Source: Chiloscyllium plagiosum
Lineage: Eukaryota
Direction of reading: 5' to 3'
DNA length: 64,000 nt
Assembly (NCBI RefSeq): GCF_004010195.1
Contig: NC_057719.1
Location: 11,222,507 to 11,286,506, forward strand
The position numbers and the translations under genes are program-made. The notes under the pieces were generated by a model, which was not told the DNA's origin, searched no databases, and saw only the letters and a list, made by a program, of their open reading frames with translations. Within the stretch, counting starts at the first letter, position 1. Each line of letters opens with the position of its first letter. Below are positions 52,162 to 63,898 of the stretch, one piece after another.

Positions 52162-52511
52162 TCATGGAATCCTTAGAGTGTGGAAACAGGCCAGTCAGTG
52201 CACACTAACCCTGCAAAGGGCATCCCACCCAGGCCCACCTCCCAAACCTATCCTTGTAACCCCGCATTTTCCAATGGCTAACCCACCTGACCTACACATT
52301 CCTGAACATTACAGGCAGTTTAGCCTGGCTAATTCACACAACCTGCACATCTTTGGACTGTGGGAGGAAACTGGAACACACAGAGGTAACCCACACAGAC
52401 ACGGTGAGAATGTGCAAACTCCACACAGACAGTCGACCAAAGGTGGTATCGAGCCCAGGTCTCTGGGTTTTACGAGGCAGCAGTGCTAATCACTGAGCCA
52501 CCATGTCGCCC
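52162..52511 (-). mobile_element. HE1-like V-SINE
   Basis: Complete reverse copy; its 3' half is duplicated at 51411-51568. Confidence 0.93.
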
Positions 52512-53589
52512 TTATCAAGGTTTCTTGGACAGCACTTTCCAAAGTCACGACCTCTATCTTGAGAAGGACAAGGGCAGCAGACACGTGGAAACACTACTAC
52601 TTGCAAGTTCCTCTTCAAGCCACTCAGCATCTAGACTTGGAAATGTATCACTGTTCCTTCAGTGTTGCAGGGTCAAAATCTTGGAACCCCCTCCCTAGCA
52701 GCACTGAGGATGCACATACAGTAGTTGGACAACAATGGTTCAACAGCATCTACTTCAGGGCAATTGCAATGGCTAACAAATGCTGGCCATGCAATTATAC
52801 ATTGTGACAATAAATACCAGCCTTGCCAGCAAAATTGATCTTTTAAAATCAAAGGTGCTGCAATTATGTTGTTATTTTGGCTGTACTAAAACTTACAGAA
52901 GGTAATTTGTCTCTTCTAATCAGTTGGATGGGAAATGGAACACATTATACCAGGCACTTATATGTGGTTGGGAGAAAAAAAATCAGTATTTAGAGGGAAC
53001 AGAGATTTGCATTTGCTTCTAACTCTAGCTGACCTGGACAGCAAGTCCACAAAAATGTAAATGTTAAATTGCTTAAGCAGTAACATGACTCACTTTGATG
53101 AACTCAAAAACTTGGGCAGCAGACAAAATCATTCAGAAGCTCACTCCACTGCAATGCCCTTCTGAATACTTTAATTTCACCACACTAGTCAAAAAGTCAA
53201 TAAACTCTGATCAAACCCAATGTACAGTTCGACATGATTTGCAAATTGCCCAAAGTCTTTTTCGTTCCCAATTACTAAGCTGCTACTGTTGTTTGTTTTT
53301 GTTTGTTAACATAAGCTTTTGACAAGGTTCAAAGTCGCGGACCAGTTTATCTGCAGCTCCTTGGGGAATCAGTGTCTGGCTGTATATATCGATACTCGCT
53401 GGAACAGAGAGAGCCTTGCAGCCATCTACTGTGCTGGCAGAATATACAGAGAGACTATGCATCTCGAAGGTTGCCTCAGTGACGGCATTAAACAAAACCC
53501 AGAAGGACAACATGATGAGAGGCTCCTCAGATTCCAGGATGGGATCGCTAACAAAGTTGGTGACTACTCATTAGCTTAACACTAACTTC

Positions 53590-54248
53590 TGGCACAGTGG
53601 TTAGCACTGCTGTCTTAGGGACGCGGGTTCGATTCTAGCCTCAGGCAACTGTCTGTGTGGAGTTTGTACATTCTCCCTGTGTCTGTGTGGGTTTCCTTCC
53701 ACAGTCCAAAGATGTGCAAATGGATTGGCTATGCTAAATTACCCCTAGTGTCCAGGGATGTACATTCTAGGTGGATTAGCCATGACAGATGCAAGGTTAC
53801 AGACATAGGGTGCATAAGGTGGGATGCTCCCTGGATGGTAGTGCATATCCAATGAGCCAAATAGCGTCTTTCTGCACTGCAGGGATTCTATGATGATGGG
53901 CGGCATGGTGGCTCACTAGTTAGCACCTCTGCCTCACAGTGCCAGGGACCCGGGTACAATTCCAGCCTTGGGCGACTGCCTGTATGGAGTTGCACATTCT
54001 CCCGTGCCTGTGTGTGGGTTTCCCCTGGCTGCTCCAGTTTCGTCCCACAGTCCAAAGACGTGCATGTTAGGTGAATTAGGAAATTTCCCATAGCGTCAAG
54101 GGATGTGTAGGTTAGGTACGTTAGCCATCTGAAATGCAGGGTTACAGAGATGTGGTAGGGGGATGGGTCTGGATGGGATGGTCTTCCAAGGGTCGGTGTA
54201 TACTTTTTGGGCCAAATGGCCTGTTTCCACACAGTAAGGGTTCTATGA
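53590..54248 (+). mobile_element. Head-to-tail pair of HE1-like V-SINEs (53590-53893 and 53898-54248)
   Basis: Two heads and two tails (gggattctatga, gggttctatga). Confidence 0.92.
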
Positions 54249-54521
54249 AAATCATTATATCAGTATCAAACATGTTATGATATCATGAAAATGAATCTTA
54301 AAGGTGTGCTGATTTATTGACCATGAGATATAACACAAAAAAAATTAGTTTTTGTTACGACACAGTGGTGAACCCTTCTGTTAATCAAACCAAGCACCCA
54401 GAAATGCTCACCTCGCCTTCTAATCTGTTAAAATATGAGTGAGAGAACTCCCAAATTCCACTATTTAAAGAAAATAATATCAATTTATAATTTAACTCCA
54501 AAACTGAACATTAAACAACAA

Positions 54522-54632
54522 ACGGGGAGAACGTGCAAACTCCACACAGACAGTCGCCCGAGGCGGGAATTGAACCCGGGTCTCTGGTGCTGTGAGGCAG
54601 CAGCGCTAACCACTGTGCCACCGTGCCGCCCA
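54522..54632 (-). mobile_element. 5' third of an HE1-like SINE between 276-bp direct repeats
   Basis: Head intact (ccgtgccgccc on plus), ends inside the V-domain; flanks 54246-54521 and 54635-54910 are direct copies. Confidence 0.92.
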
Positions 54633-54740
54633 TGTGAAAATCATTATATCAGTATCAAACATGTTATGATATCATGAAAATGAATCTTAAAGGTATGCTG
54701 ATTTATTGACCATGAGATATAACACAAAAAAAATTAGTTT

Positions 54741-55509
54741 TTGTTATGACACAGTGGTGAACCCTTCTGTTAATCAAACCAAGCACCCAGAAATGCTCAC
54801 CTCGCCTTCTAATCTGTTAAAATATGAGTGAGAGAACTCCCAAATTCCACTATTTAAAGAAAATAATATCAATTTATAATTTAACTCCAAAACTGAACAT
54901 TAAACAACAACTGCTCACAACTCTAAGAACCCCCTTTCTCTTAACTGCTTACTACCTGGCTCAAATTCTACAACAATATACTGCTCCAATAAAACACTTA
55001 CTAAAATTACATCAACTTAATTTCAAAACCATACAGCAGCTGTCATCTTCAGTGTCTGTCTTCCTCTGGCTGAAGATCTCCCTGGGTCATCTTCTTTCTT
55101 TCACTGCAAATAGGTTTCATATGAAAAGGTACCTTTGATAGAGAATGTTTCCTAATTTCTTAGATCTGTGTTGATGGCAGTTGCTCTGTCCGATTTTCAA
55201 AATGCCTGCCTTTTTTATATCCCCAACATTGGATCATCTGATTGGTTTGATGTTGGCAAAACAATAAATTCAAACTCGCTTGGAATTTAGAATCCTGGGA
55301 CTTAATTTAAACTGATTAGTTAAATTTTAATTAGTCAAAACAACAACCAACTCAGGTATCCATTTCACAGCCAAATGTTACATATTTTCAATTTTCCAGT
55401 ACACTCTGAGACTGCCATCCACTCATATACACAGAAGCTTGTAAGCTCTCAGTGCAGAACAGCATTCACTCCTCTTAAAGGTACAGTACATGCCTTCAAC
55501 TTCATAACA
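54741..55509. mobile_element. Solo-LTR-like element
   Basis: Terminal inverted ends tgttatga...tcataaca (TG...CA), about 770 bp, non-coding. Confidence 0.6.
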
Positions 55510-56429
55510 TTCTTCAAAGCAGTGTTGGAAATGCAAATGCAAAGATGAAATTCATGATAGTGGGCATGTGGCGAGCCATCCAGCTTCACAGGTTAAATTA
55601 ACTTTCTTCTAACTCAAAATCTCCACCGATTGGCAATTCAGTTGCTTACAAAGTTTGGTGGAGACCCTCAGCTTTAATAATGACTTGAGGTAGCACACCA
55701 ACACTTTATATCCTGGGTTTCTGTCGGTTCCTCTGTTTGATGAGGCATTTCAGTGGAATCAGAAACAACGCCAATTCAAGTTCCCTACCTATTAGGAACT
55801 TGAATTAGGCTATTAGGATGTGGTCCAGTACATGGGCTGGCTTTTCTCTCCCACGCAATCATCATTCAATAAAACATTGTTCCTACAATTAATCAACTAT
55901 TTATTGACTTTTCATCCAAACAAGCTGACAGTGTTATCATGATTTTCCTCCTATCTTACTGCCACATTCTTCTCCAACAGACGGAAAGGCCTGGTCTGAA
56001 CATTTGTGGTTTTTGAGATACTGCTGACTGTTCTGTGAAGGGACTGGGGAAAGGGTACAGTTGCCTTTGTTACTGAAGGTTTGTAGCACCAAGGTCAGGT
56101 GCATTAAGTCACTCAGGGACTTGTTTATTTATCCACATTCCTCATGAGTCTTTACCTCCAGTACTCCCAGTTGAAATCACTGGCTTTCACCACCATGACA
56201 GGTTTTGGTGTTGATAATTTTTTCTAATTTATTTTCCTCTGCGAGTACCTTCAATGTCCATGCACACCTGTGCCTTCCAGAGTTGCAAGTTAATGCTGTA
56301 ATCCACTTCAGCAGCCGATCACCATGCGCAGAACATAGAAACAGCTGCATGCAACTTTGAGGAAATGTTGGTAGTGATATCTCTGAACTAATAATCCAGA
56401 ACCCCAAGTTAATGTTCTGAGAACACAAA

Positions 56430-56625
56430 CTAAGAACCGCAGGTGCCGGAAATCAAAAGCAGAAACAGATATTACTGGAAACCTCAGCAGGTCTGTTAGC
56501 ATCTGTGGAGAGAAAGCAGAGTTAGTGTTTTGGGTCCAGTGACCCTTCTCCAAACCTGAAATATTGACTCTGTTTTCTCTCCACTGATGCTGAGTTTCTC
56601 CAGCAATTTCATTTTTTGTTTCTGA
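56430..56625. mobile_element. Fold-back PLE-derived short element (family C)
   Basis: cagaaacagatattactggaaacctcagc...gcatctgtggagagaaagcagagt / actctgttttctctccactgatgctgagtttctccagcaatttc...tgtttctg, inserted in a SINE head. Confidence 0.75.
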
Positions 56626-57074
56626 AGTTCTAAGGATGTGGACTTGAATCCCACCATGGCAGGTAGTGAAAATTTGAATTCAATAGAAATCTGGAATATA
56701 AAGCTAGTCTGAGGGGACCTCGTAAATAATGTTAATCATTAAATCCCACCAATGTACTTTGGGGAAGGGAAATCTTTCATTCACTTACCTGGTCTGGCCT
56801 TTATGTCCAATGCAACATGGTTGACTTGGAACTGCCTTCTTAGCAATTAGGAATGGACAATAAGTGCTGATTTAGCCAATGACACCCACATTGTGTGAAC
56901 AAATTTAAAGAAGAAGGATGTGCAGATTCTGAAATGAACAATGTGCAACTGAAATTGAGGTTCTGTCTGACCAAGTGTACACACAACTGTAATATCCTTG
57001 GTCATGTTGTGCTATTCAAGAAACATTGATTCATAAAAAAACGGGAGTGGGATTAAGCTATTTGGTGCCAAACC

Positions 57075-57835
57075 CATATCTAACGCTTTCTTGAAAACAT
57101 TTAATGTTTTGACCTCAACCACCTTCTGTGGCAGTGAATTTGCCAAGCTCGCCACTCTCTGGGTTAAGCAATATTGCCTCATCTCAATCCTAAATGGCCT
57201 ACCCTGTATCCTTAAACTGTGACCTCTAGTCTGGACTTCCCCATCATCGGGAACATCCTTCCTGCATCTACTCTATCTCGTCCTGTTAGAATTTATAAGT
57301 TTAGATTAGATTCCCTACAGTATGGAAACAAGCCCTTCAGCCCAAAAGGTCCACACTGACCCTCCGAAGAGTAACCCACCCGGACCCATGCCCCTACCCT
57401 ACGCCTACCCCTGACTAATGCACCTAACACTATGGGACAATTTAGCACGCCCATTTCACCTGACCTGCACATTTTTGGACTGTTGGAGGAAACAGGAGCA
57501 CCTGGAGGAAACCCACGCAGACTCAACACACACAGACATTCACCCGAGGCAGAATCAAACCCAGGTCCCTGGCGCTGTGAGGCAGCAGTGCTAACTGCTG
57601 AGTCACTGTGCTGTCCTCTCTATGAGATCAGCAGCCCCCCCTTCATTTTTCTAAATTCCCATGACTATCATCCTAACTGATCTAATCTCTTTTCTTATAT
57701 GTCTGTCCTGCCATCCCAGGAATCAGTCTGGTAAATGTTCACTGCATTCATTCTGTAGCATAAGGAGACCAAAACTGAACACAACATTCCAGGTGAGGTC
57801 TCACCAAGGCCCTATATAATTTCAGCAAGACATGT
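57075..57835 (-). mobile_element. CR1 3' fragment interrupted by an HE1-like SINE
   Basis: caccttctgtggcagtgaattt...; ggagaccaaaactgaacacaacattccaggtg. Confidence 0.8.
57301..57617 (-). mobile_element. HE1-like V-SINE
   Basis: ttagattagattccctacag tail and reverse V-domain. Confidence 0.93.
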
Positions 57836-58314
57836 ATATGCACATGAAAGGACAGTTACCCAGAAAGTAGAACAGCACTGAGGTTGAAACGTGGCAGGAA
57901 GGAGACTATAAGACCTAAGAGCAGAACTAGGCCATTTAGCCCATTGAGTCTCCTTACCATTCAATTAGCCCCTGAGCAATTGGATCTTGAAAGCAGACAA
58001 GGCAGGAAAGTAAGCAGTGCTACAGCTTTGAGATCACTGACAAGGATAAGGGGTTGCTCAGATGTCGAGAGAAGGAAGTTCTTGCAGGGCAGCATATTTG
58101 GAGCTGAAATAGTGCCGTAGAAAAGGTTGCACAAGAGAGAGGGTTGGAGGAACAACCTGAAATACTAAAATCTCAATGTAATTCCCAGGATTAAAGCTGA
58201 ATAAACTTCCTCTGACTACACGATATATTTTGAATGATTATTGTTGACCGTGTTTCCAACAGCACCAACCATTCACAAAAAGCTGTGATTTAAAGGAGTC
58301 TTATATATGATTGA

Positions 58315-59705
58315 GACATATAGTCATACACCATGGAAAAGACCCTTTGGTCCAACTCATCCACGCTGACCAGGTATCCCAATCTGACCAAGACTCATTT
58401 GCCAGAATTTGGCCTATATCCCTCTAAACCCTTCCTATTCATATACCATCCAGATGTTGTGTCTGTACCCACCTCCACCACTTCCTTTAACAGCTTGTTG
58501 TATACACACACCACCCTCTGGGTGAAAAATGTACCTTTCAGGGCTTCTTTAAATCTTTCCCTCTCATATTAAACCTATGCCCACTAGTTTTGGACTGACC
58601 CACCCTCGGAAAAAGACCTTGTCTATTCACCTTGTCCATGCCCCTCATGATTTTAGAAACCTCTAAAAGGTCACCCCTCAGCCTCTGACACCTCAGGGGG
58701 AAAAGCCCCAGCCTATTCAGCTTCTCTGATAGTTAAAACCCTCCAGTCCCAGCAGCATCATTGTAAATCTTTTCTGCACCCTCTCAAGTTTAACAACATC
58801 CTTCCTATAGCAGGGTGACCAGAACTGAATGCAATATTCCAAAAGTTGCCTCACCAATGCCTTGTACAGCTGCAACATGACATCCCAACTCCTATACTCA
58901 ATGTATGACCAATAAATGCAAACATGCCAAATACCTTCTTCACTAACCTATTTACTTATGACCTCACTTTCAAGGATCTCTGCACCCACTCCTACGTTTC
59001 TTTGTTCAGCAAAACTTCCCATTGCTGTACCATTAACTGTATAAGTCATTTTCTGGTTTGCCTTACCAAACTACAACACCTCATATTTATCTAAATTAAA
59101 CTTCTTTTGCCACTCCTTCGCCCGTCAGCCCATCTGATCAAGGTTCCATTGTACTCTTGAGATAATCTTCTTGACTGCCCACTACACCACCAATTTTGGT
59201 GTCATCTACAAATTTACTAACAATACCTCCTATATTCACATCCAAGACATTTATATAAATGACAAAAAGCAATGGACCTAGAACTGATCTTACGATCTGC
59301 CCAACCTTCTGGCACACCATTGGTTACAGGCCTGCAATCCAAAAAATAACCCTCTACCACCACCACCCTCTGTCTCCTACCTTCAAACCAATTCCTAATC
59401 CAATTGGCTAGCTTCCCCCCCCCCCCCCCCCCCCCATGTGATCTAACCTTGCTAACAAGTCTACAATGCAGAACCTTGTTAAATATTTTGCTGAAGTCCA
59501 TTAGGACAATGTCTACCACTCTGTCTTCATTAATCTTCTTTGTCACCTCATCAAAAAAACTCAATCCAGTTAGTGAGGCATGAATTCCCACCCACAAAGC
59601 TATGTTTACTATTCCCAAACAGTCCTTGCCTTTCTAAATGCATGTAAATCCTGGCCCTCAGAATCTCCTTCAGCAACTTATCCATCACTGACTTGAGGCT
59701 CACCT
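58315..59705 (-). mobile_element. CR1 LINE, 5'-truncated
   Basis: VDIVLMDFSKIFNKV; SVLGPLLFVIYINVLD..SKFVDDTKIGG; 3' UTR. Confidence 0.93.
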
Positions 59706-60037
59706 CATGTTTCATGTAGAGCAAGTTTGCAAAGATTCATGAGGGTAAGTGTTAGACAGTTACATGATGACTTCAAACAGAGGGAGCAGTCATCAGAAAC
59801 ACCGTCATTGAATCTCCAGTCTACAAATCAGTGTCTGATATTGAATTTTGCTGCCTAATATTTAAAGGAATTAACTGCTAACACAAATGGCATTATACAT
59901 GACATATTGTAAAGACCGTACCATTTTATTTTCTGCACTTTTCAATGTGGAATGAAATGGAGAAAAGAACTGTTTTAAACAAAGGACTGTGGAAGGAATT
60001 GCTGTACTTTTAAAAACCAGTTACTGAAACTCATTGT

Positions 60038-60846
60038 GTGTGATGTTTATACTGCTGCTCTGCTCAGGAAGCAGCAGGGGACAACAACCAATGGTACTAC
60101 TCCAGGGTGTGTGTGCAGGGTGAGATTTGGCCAGCAACAAGTAGCTGATTGGCTTGTGCAATTGAGGCCAGTCATGGATATCAAAGATCATCAGCTTGAT
60201 GACAAATCATTGATTTGATCCTGGGCAGCTGAAGATTTTGTGGAGGTGAATGATACAGGAAAAAAAAGCCCGCAGACTGTTGGAAGTGCAAATGATGTGT
60301 TGCTCTCGCTATGTGGTAAAAATACCTGTGGCCCAAAGAAAACCAGTTATTTTCTTCGAGCAGTTTCTGTAAACTGTTGCCTCAACCCAGTAGCTAAGCT
60401 TTTGGAGCTAGTGTACTAATCACCCCGTACCTCCTCCAAACAAATGAAAGAACCCAGAGAAGGAGGCTGAAGAACAGAAATCTTGGCAAGCCAAAAGGAA
60501 CATTTTAACGAGCCCTATGGCCTGGTGCTGTGCTTCCCAGTTTCTGTTCTATCCTTCCACCCACAAAACCAATACTTTTCTGTTTGTGTCTATCTGTATG
60601 TGTGTGTAGAGATTTCAAAACAGAGTTAACAGTTTTAACTAGTACAGCCATATGTTGATTATTCATAGTTGCTTACTTGTGATTTAAATTTACTTATTTG
60701 TAATAAATAGTGAATCTTAAAATTTGGAAATAGTCAGTGTTTTCTGTCAACCTGACTGCTTTGATTAAATCATTTGTGTTTCTGACAACCCCAGGAGTTG
60801 TGGGACTTGAAAATCAGTGCCCTTTCCCAAGTGGGTTTTAACAACA
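60038..60846 (+). mobile_element. Possible solo LTR
   Basis: TG...CA bounded non-coding segment (tgtgatg...taacaaca) with aataaa near 60703. Confidence 0.35.
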
Positions 60847-61231
60847 TACAAGGCCCCTCCTATCTTCACCACAAGGACAGTAAACCTTCATTGACACTTA
60901 CTTGTATTATATATATTATTTCTAACATATTGATTAACATACAAAATGAAGTAACTTTGATCACCATTTCAGGTTGTTTAAAATTAACATTTGTAAAAAA
61001 TCTTTAAAATACCAAACACAAGAGTTATACCTGAAATCATTACCATAGCACATGTTCATCCTCTTTTAATCCATGACATCCACCAAATGGGTTACCAGCT
61101 CCATTTAGACATATTTCTGGAGATTTCATTTCATAAAAGCCCTTAATATTGTCAGGTAGTCAAACAGCCTCTAAGCCTCACTTATAACATTGTGAATTTA
61201 AGACATTATTTTGTCCTTTTTTTTAAACAGA

Positions 61232-61784
61232 GGTTATAAGGTAGACGTACTGAGCTGACTACGGAAGATCTCGAGTAAATCATTCGAGAGGCTTTGGGTT
61301 TCTTTTTTAAACAGCCTAAATGGTTGTGACCACTCTCACAGATCCAGATTTCTGGGATTGGACTTTTCAGTAGCATCAGAGCTATTGGGGTCTCAACAGA
61401 GTTGGAATCTTTAGTGAATATCTCCTGATGACTATACTTTCTCTGAATTTTCTCTTAATTGTTTTTCCTTCTGTGTCTGAATTTTCCTTTTTCGCCAAGC
61501 GATGTGTTAATGGGATATTACTATATTGGAACAGTTAATTAGTAATAGTTAACTGCATTTGTTATTCTGTATCTATTTTCCAATAGAGTTAAACTATTCT
61601 AAATTACTCTTTCTTTGATTGTATTTTAACTACAGTGTTTAAATATATTGTGTTTTGCTTGACATCGAGTAGTTTGACCAGTTGTATTGCATCTGGAACA
61701 GACAATTTACATTTGCCATTAAAATAAGAAAAGTTAGGGTCAAGGCTACCTTCTTAAAATATTGGTGTGGTCTGGTCCATAACC
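61232..61784 (+). mobile_element. Possible solo LTR
   Basis: gttat...ataac inverted termini with attaaa upstream of the 3' end. Confidence 0.4.
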
Positions 61785-62120
61785 ATTTTATAATCTTCAA
61801 TTTCTGGACAGTCCAGGGTACTCTCGAAGGATGGCAACCCTAACCCATCCTTATTATTTGTGAACCAATGGACAATTTAACTTCAAGAATTTAACGGCAG
61901 AAGAACTGAAGGTGGCATTAAAAAAAGGTGGTTATGATCTGGAATGTGCTGCCCAGGAGTGTGGTAGAAGCAAATTCAATATGGACTTTCTAAAGGGAAT
62001 TGAATAATTATCAAAAGACAAAAAATACCATGGAGAAACGCCAAAGGACTGGGATGAGGAAAATCGCTCACGAAGAGAGACAACATGGGAGTGACAGGTT
62101 GGATGGTTTCCTTCTATACA

Positions 62121-62216
62121 TCATTCCTGATGAAGGGCTCCGGCCCGAAATGTCGATTTTCCTGTTCTTTGGATGCTGCCTGACCTGCTGGGCTTTTCCA
62201 GCAACACACTCTCAAC
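62121..62216 (+). mobile_element. PLE-derived short element (family A), single arm, 12-bp TSD
   Basis: TSD tccttctataca at 62109-62120 and 62217-62228; the element starts 2 nt before the hammerhead. Confidence 0.92.
62123..62158 (+). ncRNA. Minimal hammerhead ribozyme motif
   Basis: ATTC-CTGATGA-A-GGGC tccg GCCC-GAAA-TG-TC-GATT. Confidence 0.78.
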
Positions 62217-63865
62217 TCCTTCTATACAGCACCCAACTAAGACGGGTTGCTGCCGAGGATAAGACTAAACTTCAATATTGTCACAATGCACTCCATGAGC
62301 GTCCAATGGTACTACTCCATGAGATAAAATCCCTTCACGGGTTCAACCTTGTCATGATGTTTACAAATTAATTCCCAAGTCAGTCAGCATTTAACACATG
62401 GTTGACAATTTGGACCTCACAGAGAATCAGGATACAAGAGTGCGCAGCACAAGAGAATCCAAAATACAAACCAATTTAAGAGACAATGCGCAAAACGCAG
62501 CTCCATATTGCCACACACTTTGCAGAAAAGCTTGACTCTCATCTAACATTCAGCAAAATCTTTAGCAAAGCACTAATGAGATGATCATAAAACATTGACA
62601 TTGAGAACCAAGAGTGAAGACTTCAGCTGCCTGAAGGAAACCGGCAATTCACACTGAAAATTAGTTTATTCTGTATTGGAAAATAGGTCCCACTTTGTAT
62701 TTAGAATTTAAGAAAAAGACATTAATGCTCACTTCAGCAGCTTTGGTGTGCATGCTTATGATGTTGTTCACAAGGTCATGATTAAACTTCATAACAACTT
62801 ATACGTGAGTTCAGCAATGTTTGGCTGGTTAATCTATAAGTATACTTTGAATCCTGATAAACACATAATTACTTTGCCCACAATGGATTAAGCTAGACCA
62901 GGCTATTTATTAAAAATGTCCTGAAGGCTTTTACTGTCTGATTGTGATCACAGATTCTGAAATTTTCTCTCCATACCTACCATGGTAGATTTTCTGGATT
63001 ATAGTCTAATGATTGGTACCTATCTGAAGGACTGAGGATATTATTGAGGTAGGGCAAGGCTAGTGCAGTAGTAGTGTCACTAGAATAGCAATCCAGAGCA
63101 TCAGGCTAATGTTCTGGGGAATATGTTAGCTTTGACATTTACAATTTAAAGAAAGCAATAAAAATAGCAACCACATAACTACTGCTGATGAGGATCTGAA
63201 ATCTGAATATAGGCTGTTATCAGGAACAACAATTTAATACATTCTCTTAGTAACATAGGCAGCAACAAAATGGCTTCTTATGCAAGTAACATGACAAAAT
63301 GGCTTCTAGGCTACAAATTGACAATTCTGCTTAAAAGCTGCATAAAATGGCTTTTATCCCTGCTAAAAGCTGCATTCCTGAATTAACCATAGTGTGCTTT
63401 AATAAAGATTAGCAGTCAATGCTTCCTTTACAGCATAGAAATAACTAGACTAGATAAGACATTACTAGCCATCCTAACTGACTTTGCAAATGCCAAAGTG
63501 GAGAAAATAGTTTCGGGAGATAAAGGTGCTTGGATGTGTAAAGCAAGGTTGGTTCCCGGGAACGATCATTGTGCTAAGTTGCTGTCAATAATGTTATTTT
63601 ATTAAATTTGATTGGTAATTGTTTGAATCTATTCTGTAACTATGGCTGTACTTCTTTTAAAAAAATACATAAAAATGTCTTTGTCTTAAGCCATATGTGC
63701 AGTTCCTCCTAGGGACATAGAAGTGTTTAACCTCTGTGTCGCTGGACAACCTGTGCTTGGACGTAAGATGAAGTGTGAAATCTTACAGAACCAGCCTGAA
63801 TTGCTAGTGTTTATTGACTGGTCGCGGAACAGAGAGGCACCACACCGCACCACCACCCTTCTACC

Positions 63866-63898
<33 letters not shown>

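Larger units (their letters stand above)
50965..52830 (+). mobile_element. CR1/L2-group LINE 3' region hosting nested insertions
   Basis: attgaccagaaactgaactg; tacaagg..aaatcaggagtgcaatggaatac; MEYSPLAW; 3' end agggcaattgcaatggctaacaaatgctggcc resembles the tail of the second SINE family. Confidence 0.75.

Noticed and set aside
63217..63786. Possible LTR with three caaaatggctt-like repeats
   Set aside because: The termini and TSD are not convincing enough to call.
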